This document shows positions 46,227 through 58,600 of a stretch of DNA of 64,000 nt, piece after piece. The first letter of the stretch is position 1, and each line of letters opens with the position of its first letter. The DNA is from Planktothrix sp. GU0601_MAG3. GTDB lineage: Bacteria > Cyanobacteriota > Cyanobacteriia > Cyanobacteriales > Microcoleaceae. The stretch is from NCBI GenBank assembly GCA_035193785.1, contig CP136572.1, forward strand, positions 2,068,578-2,132,577, given 5' to 3'. The notes under the pieces are model-generated. The model was not told the origin of the DNA and searched no databases. It worked only from the letters and a program-made list of their open reading frames with translations. The translations under genes were made by a program, and so were the position numbers.

Positions 46227-47229
46227 TTATCCCCGTTGAAATAGACGGCATAATTCAATAATCTGGGTTTGTAGGGTCGAAAGTTCATCTCCACCCCGTT
46301 TTAGATGGGCTTCTAGCTGAAGTAACAGGGGTAAACTCTGTTGAAATTGCTTGAGTGTGGGAGTTTGGACTTCTTTTTGTAGGAAAAATACTCGATTGGG
46401 GTTGCCAATTTCGGCGGTTTTAGCAATTTCAACTTTATCCCTAACTCCGGTTTCCATCATTAATTTAATCCACAACCAAGTCCGAAACTGACTGACTAAA
46501 GTTGCCACAATTTTCAGGGCGGGTTCATTATGTAAAAGTAGATCGGCAATTAACTCTAGGGCTTCGCTGGTTTGTCCGGCTTTAATACAACTGGCAAGTT
46601 TGAGGCTGTTTTGAGTATTAGACTGAACTAATCGGGAAATGTCCTCCACACTCAGGGCTTGATGGGTCTTTCCCGCAAAAAGTTGGAGTTTTTCCAATTC
46701 GTTATACAGTTGTCGGATATCATTTCCGACTAATTCCGCCAGGAGGGCGATGCCATTGGGGGTCAGTTTTACCCCGCGTTTCGGTGGCTAGGGTTCTGAC
46801 TTGCTGTTGTAACTTATCGGTTTCCCAAGGTTTGATCCGCGAAAATTCCCGTAATTCTCCTTTGGATTTCCGAATCTGGTCTTCTAAGAATTTAGTGGAT
46901 TTCAGCCGTCCATCGGGTTTGTTGGCACTGGTTAATAGTAAGGTGGTGGTATCCGGTATTGCAGGCAGGGTTCGTTCTAACTCCTGATAAACCTCCGCCG
47001 GACATTGCTGCATCAGGGGGGTATCGGCTAACCAGACAAACCGCCCACCCAAACCAAACGGGGGAGTCATGGCTTGATTGAGTCCCATCGCGATAGAATT
47101 TGCTTGATCGGACACAATTCTGTCAGAATTGAAGTTATCCCAACTGGGATCAACGACGGCCGATCGCAATCGTTCCACCGCTTGCAATAAGGAAAAGTCA
47201 TCGTCTCCCCAGTAAAGGTAGATTGGCAT
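46227..47229 (-). CDS. holA: DNA polymerase III delta subunit, apparent frameshift at ~46780
   Basis: MPIYLYWGDDDF, AMTPPFGLGGRFV, KPDGRLKSTK, (ELVGND...NE)LEKL and EPALKIVATL. Confidence 0.9.
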
Positions 47230-47263
47230 AATAACTTAATTTTTTCAAAAGAGGCGATTAAAA

Positions 47264-48049
47264 TTGGACGATACTTATCAAGTTTATGTGAATCGGGTAG
47301 CGCGGTTGACGCTGCCAGAATCCTATCACTCTCAGTTGGAGTATATTCAGGAGTCCCCCAAGTTTAAACCCGACTCCCAGGGTAGACGCCAAGCCGTGCC
47401 ATTCCCAGGTTATACCGTGATTACGCCCCCGGCGGCAGAGGACTTGGATAATCAAGAGTTATATCAAAATCTCCAAGCTTGTCAACAGCAACTCGGGGAG
47501 AAGTTTGATCCTGATTTTTTAATTACTATCCCCCCGGATAGTTTACATTTTACCCTGGCTGATTTGGTCTGGGATAGTGCCTATCGAGATGCTAGTCAAG
47601 ATCCTAATTTTGAGCCGAATTTGCATGAAGCGATCGCTCAATCCTTTGAGACGTTCAAATCAACCCCGATTTCTCCGGGTATCCGTTGGCAAATTTTTGG
47701 CTTTATGTTATTACCAAGGGCGATCGCCGTTTGTTTGGTTCCCCGAGATCAAGAGTCCTATCAAAAAACTCTTGAATTCCGCCGAGCTATCTATCAAAAT
47801 CCGGGTTTAATTCCGTTAGGCGTCGATCAACAATATTATTTAACGGCACACATTACCTTGGGTTATTTCGGAAGTATTCCTGAAGATTTAGACCGGGCAA
47901 ATTTTTGTAATATTCTATCTTCTTTTAATCAACAATGGTTAGATTCAACTCAAGAAATCTGGGTTAACCGAGCCGAACTCCGCAAATTTGACGACATGAA
48001 TCGCTATTATCGAGAACCAGACTGGCCTGTTTTAGAGTTTAAATCCTAG
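47264..48049 (+). CDS. 2H-phosphoesterase-like protein (DUF1868-like)
   Basis: Two HxT motifs (LHFTLAD, AHITLGY) and PFPGYTVITPP. Confidence 0.78.
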   Translation: MDDTYQVYVNRVARLTLPESYHSQLEYIQESPKFKPDSQGRRQAVPFPGYTVITPPAAEDLDNQELYQNLQACQQQLGEKFDPDFLITIPPDSLHFTLADLVWDSAYRDASQDPNFEPNLHEAIAQSFETFKSTPISPGIRWQIFGFMLLPRAIAVCLVPRDQESYQKTLEFRRAIYQNPGLIPLGVDQQYYLTAHITLGYFGSIPEDLDRANFCNILSSFNQQWLDSTQEIWVNRAELRKFDDMNRYYREPDWPVLEFKS

Positions 48050-48153
48050 GGGTTAGTGATTGGTTATTCGGGTGTTGATGGTTGATCTTTAACGATCAAC
48101 ACCCCAGAAGAAGGGACGGGGAAAGGGCAACAGGCAATAGGAAATCCTGATCG

Positions 48154-49448
48154 ATGATTCATGTTATTGGAATTGGGTTGGAAGGAGCATCGGGACTGGG
48201 TGAGTCTGTGCTTAATTTAATTATGGGAGCGACGGTATTAGTCGGAAGCGATCGGCATTTAAGTTATTTTCCTGAATATTTGGCTACCCAGTTAACCTTG
48301 GGAGATTTAACAGAAACTATTGTCGCCATTCGTCAACAACTGATTAGATGGGAAGTAGAAAATAAACAATCTAGTAATAATTATATTGTAATTTTGGTAG
48401 CGGGTGATCCGTTATTTTTTGGGTTAGGTCATTTATTAGTAGCTGAATTTTCCCCTGAGAAATTAACCTTTCATCCCCATATTAGTGCGATTCAATTAGC
48501 CTTTAATCGGATTAAAACTCCTTGGCAAGATGCCCAAATTATCCGGGTGCAGAGTCCGGCGATGGAAACCTTAATTCAAGCCCTACAAAGGGGCGTGGAA
48601 AAAATAGCAATTTTAACAGATACTATTTATAATCCCCCGGCAATTGCCCAATTAATCAGAAGTTTAAATTTACCGAATTGTTATCAATTTTGGGTTTGTG
48701 AAAATTTAGGAGGAAGGGATGAACGAGTGCAAGAATGGGATATAGAAATATTAAAAAATCAAGTTTTTTCACCCTTAAATATTGTTATCTTACTACGTCA
48801 ATCTCGATCATCCATAGAAAACCCTTAGATTTATCTAAAATTCCGACTTTTGGCATTCCCGACCAACTATTTTTCAGTTATAGCGATCACCCCGGACTAA
48901 TGACGCAAAGGGAAGTTAGGAGTTTAGTCTTAGGAGAATTAGGATTACAACCCAAACAAACTATCTGGGATATTGAGGCAGGAATGGGTTCAGTTTCCAT
49001 AGAAATTGCTCGACTTTTTCCTGATTCTACGATTTATGCAATTGAAAAAACAGCAGTTGGAACCAGCTTAATTGAACAAAATCGCCAACGGTTTAAAGTT
49101 AATAATATGGTTTCAATTCATGGAGAAGCCCCAGATATTTTACATCATTTACGTTCTCCCAATCGAATTTTTATGGGGGGATGTGGAAAAAAGTTAAGCG
49201 AAATATTAGGTATTTGTAGTATTCGTTTAAGTCCGGGCGGTGTAATTGTTTTAGCTTTAGAAACCATTGAACATTTAAACACCGCTTTAAATTGGTTAGA
49301 ACAACGAAAACGCATTGAGGGGAGTTGGAGTTATCGCATTCTCAATATCCAGTTATCCCATTCGGTTCCCATTAATCATTTAACCCGTTTTTCTCCCTCC
49401 AACCCCGTCACTCTTTTAACAATCACTCACCATAGTCTATTTGCCTAG
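48154..49448 (+). CDS. cbiET: Precorrin-6Y C5,15-methyltransferase (CbiE/CbiT fusion), apparent frameshift at ~48819
   Basis: IHVIGIGLEG, GDPLFFGLG, CENLGGRDE, MTQREVR and WDIEAGMGSVSIE. Confidence 0.88.
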
Positions 49449-49453
49449 GGAAT

Positions 49454-49540
49454 GGGGGCAGGGGGAGCAGGGGAGGCGGGGGAGGTAGGGGGAGCAGGGG
49501 AGGCAGGGGGAGCAGGGGAGGCAGGGGAGGCAGGGGGAGT
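49454..49540. repeat. G-rich tandem repeat (GGGGAGCAG / GGGGAGGCA-like units)
   Basis: About nine G4-5 runs separated by short purine-rich spacers, between convergent genes. Confidence 0.8.
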
Positions 49541-49575
49541 GAACTATTTATTGCTATTAACTATTAACCATTAAC

Positions 49576-49656
49576 GATCACGGATTTAAGAAGATTACGC
49601 AGATTAACACAGATTAAAATCCGTGAAATCCGTGAAATCCTCTTAAATCCGTGATC
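49576..49656. repeat. ATCACGGATTT family palindromic repeat, copy 3
   Basis: gatcacggatttaagaagattacgcagattaacacagattaaaatccgtgaaatccgtgaaatcctcttaaatccgtgatc. Confidence 0.85.
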
Positions 49657-49658
49657 CC

Positions 49659-50883
49659 CTAATTAGGTTGGCGACTAAACAATTTGAAATAAGTAGAAAC
49701 CCAAAATTCTTTAATCGGGAAAGCAATAAAAGTCAAAGGATTAATCGTAACAATAATATTGCGAACATCTCCTTGAGCGAGTTTAACTACTTGTTTTGCA
49801 ACCCAGTTAGGAGACATCACCCCAATCGGGTTTAAGTTACTTTTGAATGGCCCTAAAATCAATTTACGAATCACACAGGGTGCATCCAAACGACGCAGAG
49901 TAATCAAATCCCCTAAAGTCCGTTTACTTAGTTCGTAGAGGGGACTAAATGCTGGCCCAGCCTCTGCTTCCGATGTGTTCACCCAAACTTCTTTTTTAGC
50001 AATATCAGCGTTAGTTTTAACGGTACTCAGGAACAATTCTAATAGACGCCAACCGGAAAACGTATTCACCTGATAGGATTGTTCGATCGCATCTTCAGTT
50101 CTTTGACCGTGAACATTAATCCCATGATTAATAATTAAAATATCTACTTTTTGGAATAACTCCCCTAATTGTTGTTCCTGTCCGACTTGCCAAGTTACAG
50201 TTTTGATCGGAATTGTTTCCCCCTCAACCGTTAAACTCAAGGGTTGGTCACCGGAAGTCAAAGCCAGAACTTTTGCCCCTTTAGCATGGAGATGAAATAA
50301 AAGGGCTTGTCCAAGGGTTCCCGATGCTCCCGTCACAGCAACGGTTTTTCCCTTAAGTGAAAGTGCCGTCCCCATGATTTTATCTAATAAAGTCAAAGTT
50401 CCGCAAAAATAGGCATTTTGATTATCAAAATGATGCCGCCAATGGTAAGTTCGATTTACCATCCAGGGGGCGGGAGGACGCTCAAATGTCCCCGGAGTAT
50501 GGGTCAAATCCGTCAATTGATCCGCCTTGGGAATTCCCAAACCTCGGGCAATGGCTGAGAATAGAAAACTGAGGGTATAAAGACAACCGAGAAGGGCAAA
50601 TCCCTGGTTTTCTGGGGTGTAAATATGGGCGATCGCCAGAAACATCAAACTAAAGCAGAACATCACCCCGGCTTCGGGGACATCATTATACCAATGGGCT
50701 TGGCGATAAATTTCCTGACTCACGGGAGTTAAATCAGGACGGAATACCCGATGATGCCAATTGTGCAAACGAGTTAAGGGCGGGAAAATATGAGCCACGA
50801 CATGATAAATATCCCTTACCAGTTTCTGCTCCGACGATAGAGCCCACTCCCCAAGCCAAATTCCCAATCCAAACCGTTACCAT
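49659..50883 (-). CDS. Bifunctional sterol-desaturase-like / short-chain dehydrogenase protein, apparent frameshift at ~50824
   Basis: His boxes HNWHH and HWRHH, followed by SDR motifs TGASGTLG and YELSK. The true start is probably MVTVWIG at 50883. Confidence 0.82.
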
Positions 50884-51285
50884 GTCTAATCCCAAACACC
50901 TTTAATTAATTCGCAAATTTCCTGCCCACGATTAGCAAGACTAGACTCCAATTGTAGTCAAATTTGGTTCTAATTTTCTGGGGGTCAACCCAAATTATGG
51001 ATTTTTAGGCTATTTTGTAATCGACAGCAGGACTTACCAAAAGTTTTGAGTTTAAAGCCCCTAAATTCTACTTAGGCTTTTTATTTTGATGAGGAGATGC
51101 AGAAATATTGGAAGAATAGTCATGGCTTTTGGTGACGAGAAAATATCTAAGTCCTACTAGAAAATACTATTCCTAACCCTGGCTAATCTACATATAGTTC
51201 ACCTGTGTGAGTCCTGTCTATGTTAAAATCCGATTGTGAGTTAGGAATCCGCATCTACGTTTTAAAGCATCTTAGGTATGACCGC

Positions 51286-51954
51286 ATGAGTCGAATTCTC
51301 ATTGCTGAAGACGAACCCCGAATTGCCTCCTTTCTGGAAAAGGGACTGCGAGCGAATGGATTTATCATAACTTTAGCCAGTAATGGACAGGAAGCCATAG
51401 AAAAAGCCCTCGCCCATGAATTTGACCTATTGATTCTCGACTTGGGACTTCCTGATCAAGATGGGTTTCAAGTTTTAGAACAATTACGGGGCCAAGGAGA
51501 ACAAATTCCGATTATTATTTTGACCGCCCGGGATGATATTACGGATAAGGTAGCTGGGTTGGAGGGGGGTGCAGATGATTATGTGACTAAACCCTTCCGA
51601 TTTGCAGAACTTTTGGCTCGGATTCGTGCCCGTTTACGACATCATCCCCCATTGACGAATAACGAGGATAAGGCTTTAACTGTTGGCCAAATTACACTGG
51701 ATTTATACACCCGTCAAGCTTGTTTGGGGCAAACACCGATTACCCTATCGGCTAAGGAATTTCAACTGTTGGAAACGTTTTTGCGCCATCCGGGTCAAGT
51801 TTTGAGTCGGGAACAACTATTGGATCAGGTTTGGGGATATGACTATGATCCAGGCTCGAATATTGTTGATGTTTATGTGGGCTATCTGCGTAAGAAGTTG
51901 GGGAGCGAGTGGATTGAAACGGTACGGGGGATGGGTTATCGTCTGGTGTCTTGA
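51286..51954 (+). CDS. OmpR-family response regulator (no adjacent kinase)
   Basis: MSRILIAEDE, LDLGLP, GADDYVTKPF and the winged helix LSAKEFQLL...NIVDVYVGYLRKKL...ETVRGMGY. Confidence 0.93.
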   Translation: MSRILIAEDEPRIASFLEKGLRANGFIITLASNGQEAIEKALAHEFDLLILDLGLPDQDGFQVLEQLRGQGEQIPIIILTARDDITDKVAGLEGGADDYVTKPFRFAELLARIRARLRHHPPLTNNEDKALTVGQITLDLYTRQACLGQTPITLSAKEFQLLETFLRHPGQVLSREQLLDQVWGYDYDPGSNIVDVYVGYLRKKLGSEWIETVRGMGYRLVS

Positions 51955-52647
51955 AACTTCTGGGAACTTTTGAACTCAAGAGAACGTCTGCGGTGGCAAT
52001 GCTGTTGGAACCAGCGATTGAGAGGGATTTAGTGATCGGGATAGGTTTTATTTAACCAATCTACGGTTAGTTCGTCGGGAAGATGTAACGATCAAATATT
52101 GTGACTTTGGGATAGGAGTAAAGTCCGGTGGTTTTTATTGGGAAAAAGCGTGCAAATTAGCTATCTGTTGCTGACAAATAGCTAGGCCATATTCTGTCTA
52201 TAGTTAAGGATATTAACAATATTTTTAAACTTGTCATCTCTTGCCTCAACTAAGGGAATACTTAAGTTAAGTGGGTGAGGAATAACAGAGTCAATGGAGA
52301 TTTAAGTTAAAGTTAATCGCTGTCTTTATTTAACCTAATTTTTGAAATAGGTTAAACCAAAAGGTTGTGGTCTAAAATTAAAATGGTTCACCTAAAAGCA
52401 CAAAAAGGTGGCGGGTTTTTTTGGTCTAAATTCAAAAAACAAGCTGATAAAACTCTAAAATTAAGATTTTTCTCATCAATAATTAATTACCATCTTAAAT
52501 TAATGTTTTAGAGTTAAGATATGTAGAAGGAACCATCGGAACTGATTCCTGTTTTAACCCTTGATTTGTATTCAGTTAGATCATTTTAGAATGGTTTTGC
52601 CAGAATGCAGTTATTGTGTCGTATAGATTAATAAGGTTGATCAAACT

Positions 52648-55600
52648 ATGAATGACTTGAACAAGTTTTCTAAAGCATTAGACAAGTTGGGTGATAAATT
52701 GGGCAAATTAGCCAACAAACCCGATAAGTTCTTCAAGAAACTAGATAAGATATTTGATAAAGATGCCTATTTGAAATTCAACCCCGATGTTAAATTGGTC
52801 GTTGAAACCAACTCAATAACCCCAGAAGAACACTTTCTGCTCTATGGAATTTACGAAAATCGGGAATTCAGTAATCTATTTAGTGTTCGTGAATACCTCA
52901 AGCTGAATGTAGATTTTAACTTGGTATCTCAACAACAGGGCTTAAGTGCTGCTGAACATTTTATTGATTTTGGACAGAGTGAAAACCGTCCCTGGAATCC
53001 CCTATTTAATATTCGGGAATACCTCCAGCTTAATCCTGATGTTGAGAAAGCTGCTGAAGATGGTCTGACCAATGCTAGTGAACATTTCTTGGAAGTTGGA
53101 ATCAATGAAACACGAAAATTTAGTTTCGTCTTCAAACTCAAAGATTATTTAGCACTTAATCCCGATGTTGCAGTCCAAGCTAAAGAGGGTTTAATCAATC
53201 CGATTCTCCACTTTTTTAATGTGGGTCAATTTGAAGGTCGAGAAGTCAATAAATCTTTCCTGAATGTCAAGTATTATTTAGAGGCAAACCCAGATATTAA
53301 GCCAGCAGTTAAATCTGGTCAAATTAGTGCGGTTGCTCATTTTCTCGAATTTGGTCTGGGGGAAAATCGTCCGTTCAATCCCAATATTTCTGTTACTCAG
53401 ATTCTGCAACAATTTAAGGTTAGTAAGCTCTCAGTAATTAGTATTGAGCAAATCAGGCAATTTGTTGAAGTATCGCTATCAACACCTGTACCCGCACCAA
53501 CACCCACACCGACACCCGCACCAACCGCAACACCTGCACCAACCACAACACCTGCACTAACGGTTGAACCGACACCCGCACCAACCGCAACACCCACACC
53601 GACACCCGCACCAACCACAACACCCACACCCGCACCAACGGTTGAACCGACGCCCGCACCAACGGTTGAAACCGACGCCCGCACCAACGGTTGAACCGAC
53701 GCCCGCACCAACGGTTGAACCGACACCCGCACCAACAGTTGAACCGACACCCGCACCAACGGTTGAACCGACACCCGCACCAACAGTTGAACCGACACCA
53801 GTTCCCACACAGGAACCAACGGCGGAAATTCCCCCGGAGTTGTTCAATCTCGACTATATTAAAGTCACCTATGGGGTCGAACTAAAAGCGGGTTTAAAAG
53901 TTGAGGATCTCAGCACAATTACAGATATTGAGATCATCAATTTCATCAACGAAAATGGATTAGAACTGGGGATTAATACCTCAGCCTATGTAGATATTAA
54001 GAGTTACATAGAATCCTATAGCCAACAACTACTAAGTTTCTATCAAGTTGCCTCCATTTCCGAAGTGACCTTTGTACAAATCCTCAACTATATTAGTGGG
54101 GCGGGTTTAGAGGCAGGAAACAGTCCTTCTGTGTTCATTGATTTTGATTTTGTCAAGAAAAATTACGACAAAAAACTAGAGAAGTTCTTCAAGAAAACTC
54201 TTGACAAAATTACCAACAAAGATATTTTAAAATATCTTGACAAAGAAGGAATTAAAGACGGAGATCAACTATCGGGTCGTATCGACTTTAATTACATTCG
54301 GTCAACGTACAATGTGGAACTGGTTGCTAAATTCGGGGTGAACTTAGAAGTCATTAGTAATCAGCAAATCTTTGAGTTTATTAACAGTAAAGAAGGGTCT
54401 GAGATTATTGTTAATCCCTCCCCCACCGTTAATATTAACTTCGTCAAAGTTGTTTACACCCAAGAGATTGCGACTTACTTCAATATTTCCATTGAACAAG
54501 TCCTAACTCTATCTAATATTCAGATTCTCCAGTTCATTGAGAACGTTCCACCGGAACAAACGATCGACACATCTTGGACAGTTTCCTTAAACTATTTAGA
54601 AAGGCTATATGGTGCGGAATTAGTTGCTCAGTTAGGCGACAATCCATCCGTTGAACAAATTCTTGAATTCATTGAAGAACAAGGAATCGAAAATGGAAAT
54701 ACCGTTTCTCCCTTCCTGAGTTTGGATTATGTGAAACAGTTAAATCTCGATAAAATTGTCGAGAAATACAATATCACACAAACCAATGAAATTGAAAGTG
54801 ACGATCTTCTCGAAAGTGTCAATGTAGATTACCTGATTGATGTTGAATACTCTCGCGTTAAATATGTCACTCAGTTAGCCACTTACTTCAAAATTTCTGA
54901 AGAAGAAGTTGCTAATTTGACAGATGAAAAAATCAAAGTTTATGTCCTAGGAATTGGTAAGGATCTGGGATTAACCGGAAATGCCATTGACTTCAAGAAA
55001 GTCGAGAAACTTCTGGAAAAAGAACTCAAAGGCTTCTTTAAGGTCAAAGACGTTAAAGACTTAACCGATGGACAAATCAATGGTTTCCTATCGGGTGAAG
55101 GCAAAAAACTCGGACTGCTTAAGCAAATTTCTGAAGTCGTTGATGTCGAATACTATAAAGAAATTTATGGTACTTTCCTCACTGCTCAATTTGGAGAAGA
55201 TATCTCAGCCGAGGATATTGTCGAGTTCTTGTTTGGTGATGGATCTCCCGTAATTGATGTGGAATTCTGCCTAGATAAATATGCAGATGAACTCACGGAA
55301 TATGCCGATAGTTTAGGGAAAAATCCCAAAAAATTAACCCTAGATGATCTGAAAAAATACTTCTTCAGCAATGAGAAGTTTGATGCAGAAAAGAGCCTAG
55401 TCACTTTCGATTTAACAGCGTTCAGTACCCAATATTCATCACAGTTAGTTTCGTTTTACAACGTCACTTCTATCACGGAAATTACCCAAATCCAAGTCTA
55501 TCAGTTTATTACCCAAGGAGCCTATAAATTAAATCTCAATCTTTCTGAATTTATCTCAGAAGATGGATTGGCATTCTACAAGCAAGAATACGCCGAAAAA

Positions 55601-58600
55601 ATTGCGACGGAATATGGTATTGAAGTCAGCGTTGTGCAAGAACTCGATGCCAATGTTTTACTCGATATCGTCTTTGGTGGTTGGTCTGATGATCTCGATT
55701 CTGACTACTTCCGGGTGAAATTTGTCGGAGATGTTCAGGCGGTATTCGGTGTAGCAACAATTGCCGAAGTGACCGACTTACAAATTCTCCAATACCTGCA
55801 TGAACAGGAAACCGTTGATGTCAAAACAATCAATTGGTTTGATACCAGTGAATATGTCAAGAAATATGGTAAAGAACTTGAAGCCGCGCTGAAAGATTCC
55901 TACCACGTTAAAGACATTGGTGAACTGTCTAGTCAGCAAATTATCAAGTTTGCCTTTAGCCTTGAAGCTCAAGCCTTCAGCACAGAAGGATTGATTGATT
56001 TAGAGTATGTTACTGATACCTTCGGTGCTGCAATTTTGAGTGGTGATCAAGTTGCGGAAAAATGGGTCAGTCAATATATTAGTGTTGATGCGGGATATGT
56101 TGAGTTTCAACTCAGTGGTTTAATTGAAGCGGGAACTGTTACCTTAGAACAAATTAATCAAGTTCTAGGAACTGAGGTTACCAGCGTTGATTTGTTAAGC
56201 AAAAAACAACTTATCGACCTGATTAATAACAGTGAATTCAAGATCGCTTTAGGCGAAGGTGTTGAAATTAAACTGTCTCAAGATACCCCCAATTTGGATT
56301 ATATCAAAGCCACCTTTGCTCCAGCTTTAGCAGAAGTTTTGGAAGTGAATGTTGCTTCAATTACGGGTGATATAACGAATGTTGTTTCTAACGAGCAAGT
56401 TCTGACCTATCTGGTTGAAAATAAAGCGGCAGAAATCGCGACATTCGCCGAAGTTACTGAAGCTGAAGTTACACCGGAATTAGCACAACAATGGTTGAGT
56501 GAAGTCAATCTGATTACGTTGGATGATGGTAGTACGACGGATGATGGTGATGCGCCAGTTAAAATCGATTTAGCTTACGGTCGTTATCAACTAGAACAGT
56601 TGGTCACGGACGAAAAACTCACCCTTGATACCGTTAATCAATTCTTAACTACACCGATTGAATCTTTAGAAACAATTACCGACGCAAATCTGACGGAATT
56701 GTTACTCGATCAAGAATTCCAAACCGCATTAGGTGAGGACAGTATTGAGTTAGTTCAACCTGATACCTTGGATTTGGATTTCTTGAGTTCTCAATATCAG
56801 ACTGAACTTTCAGCAGAATACGGTTTACCTGCGGGTACTCAATTTACCGAACAACAAATTAAGGATTATTTCAGTACCGAAGATGCTGAAGAAATTACTG
56901 CCGCCGGTGTAACGGTTGAACAATATATTCAACAACTTACGGTGACGGAAGTTCCAGCGCCAGTTTCCACCAACTAGCCCAGCAACAGACCTCGATCCAG
57001 AATATGTGAAATTCCAACTCGAGGATTTGTTAGATAACAATGTGATCACGCTGGCAGATGTTAATGAGGTTCTAACTACTGATGTTCAGGCGTTGGATAC
57101 TTTAACCAATGAACAAATCCAAGAATTAGTGGTTAATGAAGCCTTTAACACTAAACTGGGTGAAGATCAGGCTCTGAAACTGACACAAGCAGAAGGTTTA
57201 GATTATGACTATATTCGCAGTGTTTACACTCAGGAATTAGCTGATGCTTATGAGGTTTCAGTCGATGATGTTTTAGCCGGAGATGTTGTTGAACTAACCA
57301 GTGAACAAATTCTCGCCGCTTTTACGGAAAAACTGTCAACGGTTGATGTGGGATACGTCAGTTATCAACTGGAAGAATGGATTACTGATACAACCTTAAG
57401 TTTGGATCAAGTTAAACAATTCTTAGGTAGTGAGGACGCAACTTTCACCAGTATTGAAGACTTAACGAATGCCCAAATCATTCAGTTAGTCTATAGTTCT
57501 GAATTCGAGGCGCTGTTACAAACCAAAAATCAAACTTTGGAACTGTCCCCTATTGATTATGAACAGTACATTCAGGACAATACCGATGCTTTGACTGTCG
57601 CCTATCCCGATGTGACTAATATCGCAGATTTAACTCTCGAACAAGTCAAACAGTTTATGTATGACGCAGGAGTTGAACAGGGTATTAAGCTCGAAAAATA
57701 TCTGGCTTTTGATTATCTGGAAACCACCTACGCCAGTGCCATCAGCAGTGTTGAAATTGATGCTCAAGTGGTGTTGAATTGGTTGAAAGATGACTACAAT
57801 CAACTGGATGTTAACTATCTCCGTTATCAATTTGACCAGTTAAGCGTTGAGCAACAAACTCAGGTTTTAGGTGCATTAGAAATCGAAAAAGATGTTGAAT
57901 TCCTGACGGATAAAGACATTATTTCGATCACCTTGAGCAATGCTTATCAAGAAGTCGGAAGCATTAAACTCACAGCAATTGATGTTGATGCTTACCGGGA
58001 ACAGTACGCCCAACAGCTTACTGATTACTACTTCCCTACCGATGATGACGATGCAACCGATGATGGCGGAAGCACTCCACCAACCGATGACCCCGAAGAC
58101 GGTGATACTGGAAACGGTAATCTAGTTGATCAAATCAGCGACAAAGATGTTATTAAGTTTGCCTTCAGCGAGGGAATCAAAAAAGGAATTAACCCTCTGG
58201 AACTCGTTGATAATGAATATCTGAAAACAGCTTTCCAAGCTGAACTGGCTATCCATTATAACGTTGAAGTTTCGGCAGTTGCCCAACTTGATGATTCCCT
58301 GGTTGCGGATTATGTTTACGGTGGAATTTTCGGGGCAGAAATTGACTATAAATTCTATAGTCAAACCTACAAAACCGAGTTGGAAACCACCTTTAGTAAA
58401 CCCATTGAACAGGTCACAGATACGGAGATCCTGCAACACGCTTTAGACGTAACTATTCTCCAAGGAAAAGCGATCACGCCTTTGGATGTGGATGGATTTG
58501 TCAAGGAATACAAAAAAGAACTGTCCGAGATTTTTGGTATCAAATCCAAGGAACTCAAAAAACTTGATAAAGCCTTCCTCAAAGACTTTATCTTGGAACA

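Noticed and set aside
53397..53885. Overlapping Val/Gly-rich and His/Gln-rich ORFs
   Set aside because: These are alternative-frame and antisense readings of the Pro/Thr linker repeat.
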